NCBI GenBank assembly: GCA_945889235.1
Contig: CAMDBK010000002.1
Coordinates: 245-64,244 of the forward strand
Direction: 5' to 3'
Length of the DNA stretch: 64,000 bases
DNA from: Chitinophaga pinensis
GTDB lineage: Bacteria > Bacteroidota > Bacteroidia > SXHM01
The position numbers were made by a program, and so were the translations under genes. Shown in pieces: positions 1-7,573 of the stretch. Within the stretch, counting starts at the first letter, position 1; each line of letters starts with the position of its first letter. The notes under the pieces are model-generated. The model was not told the origin of the DNA and made no database searches. It saw only the letters and a list, made by a program, of their open reading frames with translations.

Positions 1-329
1 CGTTTCTTAGTCACGAAAAAATCAGGCAATTCTATTCAGCTGCAGATGCAGGCTTGTGGGTTAAAGCTGCAATAAGCATACAGGAGTCGATGGGCACAGG
101 CTTGCAGGTTCTTCTTGAAAATAAACAAAGTGTAAGTCATTTGGTTCAGGAAAATGTTACAGGATGGTATTATGAAAAAGACACTATGGAGAAAACAATT
201 GAAAAAGCATATAACGAAGTTAGAAAAAACAATAAAACAATAAAACTCGAAAACCGCAAAAACAGGATAATTTCGACATCACAATGGCTTTCGTATGATG
301 CAATTTCAAAAAAAATAATTCAATTATAA
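1..329 (+). CDS. Glycosyltransferase family 1/4, C-terminal fragment (5' end outside window)
   Basis: Frame 3 is open from the window edge (FLSHEKIRQFYSAADAGLWVKAAISIQESMGTGLQVLLENKQSV...). This fits the C-terminal donor-binding region pattern of GT-B glycosyltransferases. The track ORF 54..329 is only the part downstream of an internal Met. Confidence 0.6.
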   Translation, partial: FLSHEKIRQFYSAADAGLWVKAAISIQESMGTGLQVLLENKQSVSHLVQENVTGWYYEKDTMEKTIEKAYNEVRKNNKTIKLENRKNRIISTSQWLSYDAISKKIIQL

Positions 330-336
330 TTTTGTT

Positions 337-1617
337 TTGACATTTAAAAATTGGTATGCCTGGTTAAAACAATTACAATGGTCACGAAAGTGGTTTGTCA
401 TTCTCGTTCTCATCAGACCAATTATTGATTTATTTCATGGGTTGAAAGGTGTTTCGCCATTTCTATCACCGCTATATATTGTAGGGGTTGCAACTCCATT
501 TTTAATAATTGCAAGCAGTCTTTCGGGAAAATTGAAAGAGAAAAAATCATTAGAACCGGATAAATTATTCTTCGGATTTGGAATTCTTGTTTTTTTAAAT
601 TCAGCGCTTATGTTACCCTTGTATTTTTCACTAGATGTTATGGGAGAAGTAATCAAGTACATATCCCCAATTATGTTATTTTTCTACCTGAGGAGGTTTA
701 TCAATTCATATAAAGATTTTGAAGGAATTTTACAAACTTTTCTTATTTCATGCACAGTTCCGTACCTGATGATTTTTTATGAATTTTTTTTTAACCCCAT
801 AGCATTTGAATATCTTGCCGAAGGCAGGGGGGGGGCCATGCGGCTACAGGGCGGCTATGCAGATATAATGTCCTATGCCATTTATATTTTGTGCGGATTT
901 ATTTCGGCTTCTTATTTTTTTATAAAAGCAGCAGCTACTGAAAAGCCATATATAAAAACAGGAATAGTTTTCATGGCTGCTATTCTGGGATTGGTGGCAA
1001 TAAAACAAGTTTCGTCATGGGGCGTTTTTCTGTGCTCTCTTATTATTTTTTCCTATTTTTTCAGCAAAAAAAAACAAGGATTCATTTTCGTCATCTTAAT
1101 TGCTACAGTAATTGCAACTGTATTTGCTCCTGAGATTTATAATACACAAATTAATCCCTTAATAGAAAAAGAAATTGCGGTTGCAGCAGGCGAAAAAGAT
1201 GTTAACTATGCTTTTAACGGAAGAATGACCCGATGGAATAATTATTTCTCCATTTGGGATGAAATGCCTCTGTATTCAAAAATATTTGGCGTTTCAACCT
1301 CAGGATTTGATGAAGTGCCGGTGATGACTGGTTTGGGGATGCATAGTGATTATATTCGTATTTTATTTATGACCGGGGTTATGGGCATAATTATCTACCT
1401 GCTTTTTTTCTTATCACTAATGTTTAAATATCCCAAACTGCAAACAAAAGACCGATACTTATTATTAGCTTCAGTTGTCGTTGTGTTATTATATTCCATT
1501 TCTACGCTTCCTACGTTGTATATGCCAATGATGTATTTGATATTATCAACTTATGCGTATTATTCTCTTCCCTTACAATACATTTATCCAAAGGTATTAA
1601 ATGAAAAAGCAGTATAA
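337..1617 (+). CDS. O-antigen polymerase/ligase-like (Wzy_C-type) polytopic membrane protein
   Basis: 426-aa ORF with about 10 hydrophobic spans. A large loop (GRMTRWNNYF...GLGMHSDYIRILFMTGVMG) resembles the Wzy_C/O-antigen ligase signature. It lies in a polysaccharide locus. The TTG start is uncertain. Confidence 0.7.
   Translation: MTFKNWYAWLKQLQWSRKWFVILVLIRPIIDLFHGLKGVSPFLSPLYIVGVATPFLIIASSLSGKLKEKKSLEPDKLFFGFGILVFLNSALMLPLYFSLDVMGEVIKYISPIMLFFYLRRFINSYKDFEGILQTFLISCTVPYLMIFYEFFFNPIAFEYLAEGRGGAMRLQGGYADIMSYAIYILCGFISASYFFIKAAATEKPYIKTGIVFMAAILGLVAIKQVSSWGVFLCSLIIFSYFFSKKKQGFIFVILIATVIATVFAPEIYNTQINPLIEKEIAVAAGEKDVNYAFNGRMTRWNNYFSIWDEMPLYSKIFGVSTSGFDEVPVMTGLGMHSDYIRILFMTGVMGIIIYLLFFLSLMFKYPKLQTKDRYLLLASVVVVLLYSISTLPTLYMPMMYLILSTYAYYSLPLQYIYPKVLNEKAV
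827..835 (+). repeat. G9 homopolymer inside the Wzy-like CDS
   Basis: Counted directly: ggc agg ggg ggg gcc, encoding G-R-G-G-A at about codon 163-167. The same gene also carries T9 (784-792) and A9 (1066-1074). Confidence 0.9.
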
Positions 1618-1629
1618 CCTGTTAACTGA

Positions 1630-2724
1630 ATGAAAAGTATATTGTTAATCGGTAAACTGCCCCCACCTTATTACGGACCGGCAATTGCCACCCAGATTAT
1701 TCTCAATTCTACAATTAAGAACAATTTCAAACTTTCTTTTTTTGATACCAAGCTGAATAAATCGGTTGAAGGACTCGGCAAATTCGGCTGGAAAAAAATA
1801 TTCACCACACTAAATAAATACATCCTTTATTCTAATACAGTAAAAAGTGAAAAGCCTGAGGTAATTCTAATTCCCATAAGCCAGTCCACAATTGGATTTA
1901 TTAAAGATGCTGGCTATATCTGGATAGGTGTTTTAAAAGGTTCAAAAGTTGTAATCCATTTGCGCGGCAGCCAATTTTTGAACTGGTATAATGCTGCGTT
2001 TGGTATAACCAAATACTTTATTCGAAAAACCCTGCGCTCAACTTCAGGAGTTATTGTGCTTGGAAATTCACTGAGGTATTTGTTTGATTCTTTTTATAAC
2101 CCCGAAGAAATTTTTGTTGTTCCCAATGGGGGTAATTTCAAAATTCCTGTAATAGAAAAAAACAAAATAATCATAACTTACATTGCCAATTATAAGGCAT
2201 CAAAGGGTTTTGGTGTTTTTCTCGAAGCAATAGCATTATTACCTGCTGAAATAAAAAACTCAGTTGAGATTCATGCGCTTGGACAATGGTCTGATTTGAA
2301 TTTTAAAGATACCTGCGAAGCCTCTATTAAATCAAATGGGTTGAACATCATTTTTCATGACCCTAAAATTGCTGACGATAAATTTCAACTGCTTGCAAAA
2401 ACATCTGTCTTCGTTTTTACGCCTATAGCTCCCGAAGGGCATCCCTGGGTTATAGTTGAAGCAATGGCAGCAGGCTTGCCGGTTATTGCTACCGACCAGG
2501 GAGCAATAAAAGAATCAGTGATTGATAATTATAATGGTTTTATTATTCCTGCCGGCAATAGCAAAGTCTTGTGCGAAAAATTGATTCTTCTCATAAATGA
2601 CGCTGCGCTCAGAAAAAGCATGGGCGAAAATTCAAAGCTGCGTTACCTTGAAAATTTTACCGAAGATAAAATGGTAGAAAACCTCTCTGGTGTAATAAAC
2701 ACTGTATTAAACAACCATAAATAG
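1630..2724 (+). CDS. Glycosyltransferase family 4 (GT-B fold)
   Basis: 364 aa. The C-terminal motif EGHPWVIVEAMAAGLPVIATDQGAIKESVIDNYNGFII is the classic GT4 E-x7-E region. Confidence 0.85.
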   Translation: MKSILLIGKLPPPYYGPAIATQIILNSTIKNNFKLSFFDTKLNKSVEGLGKFGWKKIFTTLNKYILYSNTVKSEKPEVILIPISQSTIGFIKDAGYIWIGVLKGSKVVIHLRGSQFLNWYNAAFGITKYFIRKTLRSTSGVIVLGNSLRYLFDSFYNPEEIFVVPNGGNFKIPVIEKNKIIITYIANYKASKGFGVFLEAIALLPAEIKNSVEIHALGQWSDLNFKDTCEASIKSNGLNIIFHDPKIADDKFQLLAKTSVFVFTPIAPEGHPWVIVEAMAAGLPVIATDQGAIKESVIDNYNGFIIPAGNSKVLCEKLILLINDAALRKSMGENSKLRYLENFTEDKMVENLSGVINTVLNNHK

Positions 2725-2774
2725 GTTTCTAATCCGGGTTATTATCTATTTTTGAAAAAAAATTCAATCCATTT

Positions 2775-4895
2775 TTGGAACAACTTATACAATACCTGAA
2801 AGACGGAAAGATGCAATTACTTGAAGTTCCGTTTCCGGCTCTTCAAAGCGGTTGTGTGCTGGTGCGGAATCACTATTCATTGATCAGTGCAGGCACCGAA
2901 GGTAAAACAGTGAAGGATGCACGTCTCAGTTATATTGGTAAAGCAAGAGCAAGAAAAGATGAAGTAAAAAAAGTAGTGGACGCTGCTAAAACATTTGGTT
3001 TGCTCAACACCTACAACATGGTGATGAACAAACTGGATGCACCATCCTCTCTTGGCTATAGTTGTGCGGGTGAAGTAATTGCTGTAGCAGATAATGTTTC
3101 AGGATTTCAGGTTGGCGATAGGGTAGCTTGTGGCGGAGCAGGTGCTGTTCATGCCGAAGTTGTTTCAGTGTCCGAAAATCTCTGTGTTAAAATACCCGAT
3201 GCAGTAAATGAACAAAGTGCTGCATTTACAACACTTGCTTCTATTGCTTTGCAGGGTGTTCGTCAGGCAGATTTACGTTTAGCTGAAAATTGTGTTGTAA
3301 TTGGTTTAGGCCTGGTTGGTCAGTTAACCATTCAGTTTTTAAAAGCTGCCGGAATAAAAACCATAGGCATTGACATTGACGAAAAAATGGTTGCCTTAGC
3401 CCTGCAGAGTGGTGCAGATGTTGCCATCAACCGCAACCGCGAAGATTTAGAACAAATTATTTCTGCAGAAACAAATGGCTTTGGCGCTGATGCAGTAATT
3501 ATTACTGCCGGAACATCATCAACCGACCCGGTTGATTTAGCCGGAGCTTTATGCAGGCAAAAAGGTAAAGTAATAATTGTTGGTGCGGTGCCAACAGGTT
3601 TTAAACGTCCCAACTATTTCAAAAAAGAATTAGACCTGCGCATGTCCTGCTCTTATGGTCCCGGGCGCTACGATATGGATTATGAAGAGCTTGGCTTGGA
3701 TTACCCGATTGGTTATGTGCGCTGGACAGAAAACCGCAATATGCAGGCTTATGTAGCGTTGGTAAACGACAAAAAAATAAATACAGAACCCTTAATTACT
3801 CACGTATTTGATTTTAAGGACGCAGAAAAAGCCTACGACCTTATACTAAATCGCACCGAACCATTTGTAGGTGTTTTGCTGAAATACGATGTTTCTAAAA
3901 AACTGACCAACAAGGTTTCCTTTACTTCAAAATCATTCAGCAGTTCAAAGGCAAATGTGGGGTTAATAGGTGCCGGTTCATTCGGACAAAATTTTCTTTT
4001 ACCCGCCATGAAGGGGCATTGCAATTTTACCGGGGTAGCAACTGCGCGCGCAAACAATTCCAGAAATATAGCTGATAAATACGGCTTCAACTATTGCACA
4101 GGAAATGCTGCTGAAATTTTCAGCGATACAAAAACCGATACCGTTTTCATTGCCACCCGTCATGATTCACATGCAGCGTATGTGATTGAAGGTTTGAAAA
4201 ACGGAAAAAATATTTTTGTTGAAAAACCGCTGTGCATGAACGAAGCGCAGCTCGAAGAAATAAAACAACTGTATGAAAAAAACGGTAAACACCTGATGGT
4301 CGGTTTCAACCGCAGGTTTGCTCCGTTAGTAAAAAAACTGAAAGAAACATTTAACGGTGATTATCCCAAAGCAATTAATTACCGTATCAATGCAGGCTTT
4401 ATCCCTTCCGAACATTGGATACACGATAAAACAATTGGTGGCGGCAGAATCATTGGCGAAGTTTGTCACTTTATTGACCTGTGCAGTTTTATTGCAGGCA
4501 GCAAAATAACCTCCGTTGCTGCACAAGTCTTAAATACTTCGCCAAACCTCAACGATACTGTTGCCATTAATTTGTCATTCGCAAATGGAAGCATTGCCAG
4601 CATCTCCTATTTTTCAAATGGCAACAAAAATTTATCTAAAGAATATTTGGAGGTTTTTGGCTCGGGAATAGCCACAGTATTGGATGATTTTAAAGAACTT
4701 AAAATCTACGGGCGCGAAGAGCGAAGCCATAAATCTGCGCAGGATAAAGGACACAAAACAGAAGTAGCAGAATTTTTGAAAGCAGTAAAATCGGGTGGCC
4801 CCACGCCCATACCTTTTGAACAAACGTATTCCTCTACCCTTGCTACATTCAAAGTGCTGGAGTCAATTGCATTGAATGGGGCGGCAGTGAAATAA
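2775..4895 (+). CDS. Bi-domain oxidoreductase (N-terminal MDR/Zn-alcohol-dehydrogenase fold + C-terminal Gfo/Idh/MocA NAD-binding fold)
   Basis: 706 aa. The N-half has an MDR-like GLGLVGQ Rossmann motif. The C-half has VGLIGAGSFG plus EKPL, typical of Gfo/Idh/MocA. The TTG start is supported by a family-typical N-terminus (MEQLIQYLKDGKMQLLEVPFP). Confidence 0.8.
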   Translation: MEQLIQYLKDGKMQLLEVPFPALQSGCVLVRNHYSLISAGTEGKTVKDARLSYIGKARARKDEVKKVVDAAKTFGLLNTYNMVMNKLDAPSSLGYSCAGEVIAVADNVSGFQVGDRVACGGAGAVHAEVVSVSENLCVKIPDAVNEQSAAFTTLASIALQGVRQADLRLAENCVVIGLGLVGQLTIQFLKAAGIKTIGIDIDEKMVALALQSGADVAINRNREDLEQIISAETNGFGADAVIITAGTSSTDPVDLAGALCRQKGKVIIVGAVPTGFKRPNYFKKELDLRMSCSYGPGRYDMDYEELGLDYPIGYVRWTENRNMQAYVALVNDKKINTEPLITHVFDFKDAEKAYDLILNRTEPFVGVLLKYDVSKKLTNKVSFTSKSFSSSKANVGLIGAGSFGQNFLLPAMKGHCNFTGVATARANNSRNIADKYGFNYCTGNAAEIFSDTKTDTVFIATRHDSHAAYVIEGLKNGKNIFVEKPLCMNEAQLEEIKQLYEKNGKHLMVGFNRRFAPLVKKLKETFNGDYPKAINYRINAGFIPSEHWIHDKTIGGGRIIGEVCHFIDLCSFIAGSKITSVAAQVLNTSPNLNDTVAINLSFANGSIASISYFSNGNKNLSKEYLEVFGSGIATVLDDFKELKIYGREERSHKSAQDKGHKTEVAEFLKAVKSGGPTPIPFEQTYSSTLATFKVLESIALNGAAVK

Positions 4896-4943
4896 ACAGG
4901 TAGTATAATTACCCCGCTCGCCCGAATGTTCATCACGTTGACC

Positions 4944-4981
4944 CTGAGCGGTCTCGCCTGAGGCGAGATTTTGCCGCTCAG
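4944..4981. repeat. Nested hairpin (CTGAGCGG[TCTCGCC-tga-GGCGAGA]ttttgCCGCTCAG) downstream of the oxidoreductase gene
   Basis: Base pairing checked by hand. It shares the 5' flank ..accctgagcg.. with the hairpin at 18799-18858. Confidence 0.7.
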
Positions 4982-4988
4982 AACATCA

Positions 4989-5031
4989 GCCAATTTATAA
5001 TTGGCTCCCGCTGGTCGGGATTTATAATCCC
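4989..5031. repeat. Two adjacent small hairpins sharing an ATT-TAT-AAT core
   Basis: GCCAATT-tat-AATTGGC at 4989-5005 and GGGATT-tat-AATCCC at 5017-5031. The second overlaps the left copy of the direct repeat. Confidence 0.7.
5012..5031 (+). repeat. Left copy of 20-nt direct repeat tggtcGggatttAtaatccc
   Basis: 18/20 identical to 6366-6385. Confidence 0.8.
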
Positions 5032-5071
5032 ATGAAACAATTCAGCTTCTAAGTCTTTAGCGTCCTTTTAG

Positions 5072-5385
5072 TCCTAATTTCCTAATAATCAATCAAATCA
5101 AAACTTAACGGAAACAAAATTAATAATACCATAATCAAAACTAAATCTATCATTAATAATAATAATAATAACATTTATAAAATCATAAATAACTAAATTA
5201 AAATTAGTAATACCATAAATAATAATATAATTAACAATATTAAAATTAATACTAACCATATTAATTTTAGTATCATCAAAACTAAAACTAAAACTAACTA
5301 AACTAAAAATAAGAACATCGTTAATAAAAACTTAATTAACAAAATTAAAATCAATACTAACAATAAAAAAATTACCCCTACCTTC
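5072..5385 (+). other. Almost G-free, AT-rich low-complexity tract
   Basis: Hand count gives only 6 G in 314 nt (5110, 5111, 5207, 5270, 5313, 5320). Contains (TAA)6 at 5154-5171. Degenerate internal repeats are present: 5116-5134 vs 5200-5218 at 18/19, and 5239-5256 vs 5344-5361 at 17/18. Confidence 0.9.
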
Positions 5386-5457
5386 GCCACAATTAACCCG
5401 CAAACCTCAAAAAACCCTTAGCGTCTTTGCGCCTTTGCGAGCAAAACCTAATAAAAA

Positions 5458-6381
5458 ATGCAAAACCGCGATACCAACTCCATCAACATGCTCCGCGCCA
5501 CCATCACCTGGTGCAATAACAACAGTGCAGCCACAGCAGCCATCCCCGCATTTGCCGCAGCAAAAACCACAGTCGAAAACAAACTCACCCTCATTGACGA
5601 ATACACCCAAACCGCCCTGCGCGCCACTAAAGGCACCACAACCGACACCAAAAACATCCGAGCAGCCATGCAAAACATCGCGCACAAATGCGCCAGCGCA
5701 CTCTCAGCCTATGCCGCTACCCAAAAAAACAACACCCTTCGGGCAAAAGTCAATTACTCCCTCAATGCAATGTCCGCAAAAAAGAAAGAAGAAATAGACG
5801 ACATCTGCCAAACCATCCATGACGAAGCAAATAGCAACATCGCCTCCGCAACACCCTTTGGCTACAACGCCTCCGATGTCTCCGACCTCAGCGCAGCCAT
5901 CGCCCTCTACCGCCAGAAAATGCAAGACCCTCGCCAGGCAATCATCTCCCGCGCCACAGCCCTTCTCAGCCTCCGCACACAACTCCGCGAAATAAAAACA
6001 ATTCACCTCAAACAAATAATCGACAGCATGGTCAGCACCCTGCGCCTCACCAATCCCACGTTTGTCAGCGGCTATTTCCAGGCACGCCAAATCATAGACC
6101 TCGGCTCCACCTCCGCAAAACTCCGCGGCATCATCACCTCAGCAGACGGAAGCTACCTCACCGGTGCAACCATCTCCATCCGCAAAACAGCCACCACCCA
6201 AATACTGCACGAAACAAAAACAGGCTCCGATGGCAAATTCGGCATCTACAATATCACACCCGGTGATTACGATTTTCTTTACACCCACACCACCCACCAA
6301 CCCAAAACCGAAACCAATATCCACATCAGTGCCGGAAAAGAAATCAAACGCAGAATAACACTTGTTGGTCAGGATTTGTAA
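5458..6381 (+). CDS. Hypothetical protein; helical N-region + C-terminal CarboxypepD_reg-like beta-sandwich
   Basis: 307-codon ORF in strongly skewed sequence. The C-terminal LRGIITSADGSYLTGATISIRK...TKTGSDGKFGIYNITPGDYDFLYTH...IHISAGKE fits the G-x-V-x-D..G.P..GA.V...T.TD..G.F....PG.Y pattern of carboxypeptidase-regulatory-like domains. No signal peptide is evident. Confidence 0.55.
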   Translation: MQNRDTNSINMLRATITWCNNNSAATAAIPAFAAAKTTVENKLTLIDEYTQTALRATKGTTTDTKNIRAAMQNIAHKCASALSAYAATQKNNTLRAKVNYSLNAMSAKKKEEIDDICQTIHDEANSNIASATPFGYNASDVSDLSAAIALYRQKMQDPRQAIISRATALLSLRTQLREIKTIHLKQIIDSMVSTLRLTNPTFVSGYFQARQIIDLGSTSAKLRGIITSADGSYLTGATISIRKTATTQILHETKTGSDGKFGIYNITPGDYDFLYTHTTHQPKTETNIHISAGKEIKRRITLVGQDL

Positions 6382-6389
6382 TCCCGACC
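6366..6389 (+). repeat. Right copy of the 20-nt direct repeat, forming hairpin GGTCAGGATT-tgt-AATCCCGACC
   Basis: 6366-6385 matches 5012-5031 at 18/20. The stem is 10 bp with one mismatch. It overlaps the stop codon of the 307-aa ORF. Confidence 0.8.
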
Positions 6390-6403
6390 TTTGAGAATAA
6401 ATT

Positions 6404-6411
6404 TACTTTTG
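6404..6411 (+). promoter_or_regulatory. Candidate Bacteroidota -7 box (TACTTTTG)
   Basis: Matches TAnnTTTG and ends 8 nt before the ATG at 6419. This would give a nearly leaderless mRNA. Confidence 0.35.
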
Positions 6412-6418
6412 CCCCACC

Positions 6419-7570
6419 ATGCTCCAAGCGGCACTTCAAAAACTCCAATCATACATCGAATCCGAAAACTACCGCGGTTACGACCCCTATGATGCACTTA
6501 AATCACCTCTCTTCACACTTCCCCTTTTCAAATCAAACAAGCTTTTACGTTTTGGTTTTCAGCAGTTGGTAAAACGCAGCCCGGTTAATTTAAGGCCATT
6601 GCTGCTTGTTCCCAAAGGTTGCAACCCTGTTACACTTGGGCTATGCATACAGGGCTATGCAAACCTGGCAATAGCTTACCCGGCAAAAAAAAATGAATAC
6701 ACCGTAAAAATAAATTCATTGATTGATGAATTGGAACGTCTTATTCCCTTAGGTTTCAGTGGCGCCTGCTGGGGTTACGACTTTGATTGGGAAGCGCGCT
6801 ACTCAAAAATTCCTGCTTACCAGCCCACAATAGTTGCTACGGGTATTATTACCAATGCCTTATTTACAGCCTTTAAAAAAACAGGCAACAAAAAAGCGTT
6901 GGAACTTTGTATAAGTGCAGCAGATTTTATCCTTACTGATATTCATAAAACAGTTGATAAAGACGGAACATTTTGTTTCTCCTATTCTCCGTTTGATAAG
7001 CAGGTAGTTTTTAATGCAAGCATGAAAGGTGTCCGTTTGCTTGCCCAGGTTTATTCCGAAACTAAAAATGAAAAGCTCAGAGAAGAAGCCAAAAAAGCTG
7101 TAGCATTTGTAATGAAAAACCAGCGCAACGATGGCGCATGGATATATTCAAAAAGCAACGCAGGAGGCTGGATTGACAACTACCACACGGGCTATGTTCT
7201 CGATTGTCTTGATGAATACATCCATTGCTGCAACGATAATACATTCAGTAAAAACCTCGAACGCGGCTACCAATTCTACCGCAATAATTTTTTTACAAAA
7301 GAATATATTCCTAAATTCTTCGATAAAAAAACGTTCCCTGTTGATTCTACTGCTGCGGCTCAATCAATTTTAACACTTTCGCGCTTCAAAGATTTTCAGC
7401 TTGCACAAAACGTAGCCGAATGGACCATACAAAACATGCAGGATGAAAAAGGGTATTTCTATTATCAGAAACATAAACTTTATACGAGTAAAACATCGTT
7501 TATGCGTTGGTCAAACGCCTGGCTCTTTGCAGGTTTAACAGAACTGATGGCTGCAAAATCATTGAACTGA
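6419..7570 (+). CDS. Hypothetical alpha/alpha-toroid-like protein of polysaccharide loci (function unknown)
   Basis: 383 aa, soluble, with repeated aromatic/acidic helical-hairpin pattern (WGYDFDW, DGAWIYS, NYHTGYVLD). It is tightly packed with the downstream DUF354 and wecB genes. Confidence 0.6.
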   Translation: MLQAALQKLQSYIESENYRGYDPYDALKSPLFTLPLFKSNKLLRFGFQQLVKRSPVNLRPLLLVPKGCNPVTLGLCIQGYANLAIAYPAKKNEYTVKINSLIDELERLIPLGFSGACWGYDFDWEARYSKIPAYQPTIVATGIITNALFTAFKKTGNKKALELCISAADFILTDIHKTVDKDGTFCFSYSPFDKQVVFNASMKGVRLLAQVYSETKNEKLREEAKKAVAFVMKNQRNDGAWIYSKSNAGGWIDNYHTGYVLDCLDEYIHCCNDNTFSKNLERGYQFYRNNFFTKEYIPKFFDKKTFPVDSTAAAQSILTLSRFKDFQLAQNVAEWTIQNMQDEKGYFYYQKHKLYTSKTSFMRWSNAWLFAGLTELMAAKSLN

Positions 7571-7573
7571 AAC

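Noticed and set aside
5072-5385. Possible CRISPR array or tandem-repeat locus in the AT-rich tract
   Set aside because: The repeats are degenerate, irregularly spaced (84 and 105 nt apart) and not separated by unique spacers of constant length. No cas genes are present.
5407-6358. Overlapping ORFs in other frames and on the minus strand (5407..5685-, 5435..5797+, 5448..5687-, 5704..6090-, 6139..6324-, 6164..6358+)
   Set aside because: The low T and G content on the + strand removes stop codons in all six frames. The translations are Pro-, Gly- or Cys-rich low-complexity strings with no domain-like pattern. Only the 5458..6381 frame shows a recognisable fold motif.
5012-6389. Integron gene cassette with attC
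   Set aside because: The flanking hairpins lack the conserved attC core sites (RYYYAAC / GTTRRRY). No intI gene or neighbouring cassette array is visible.
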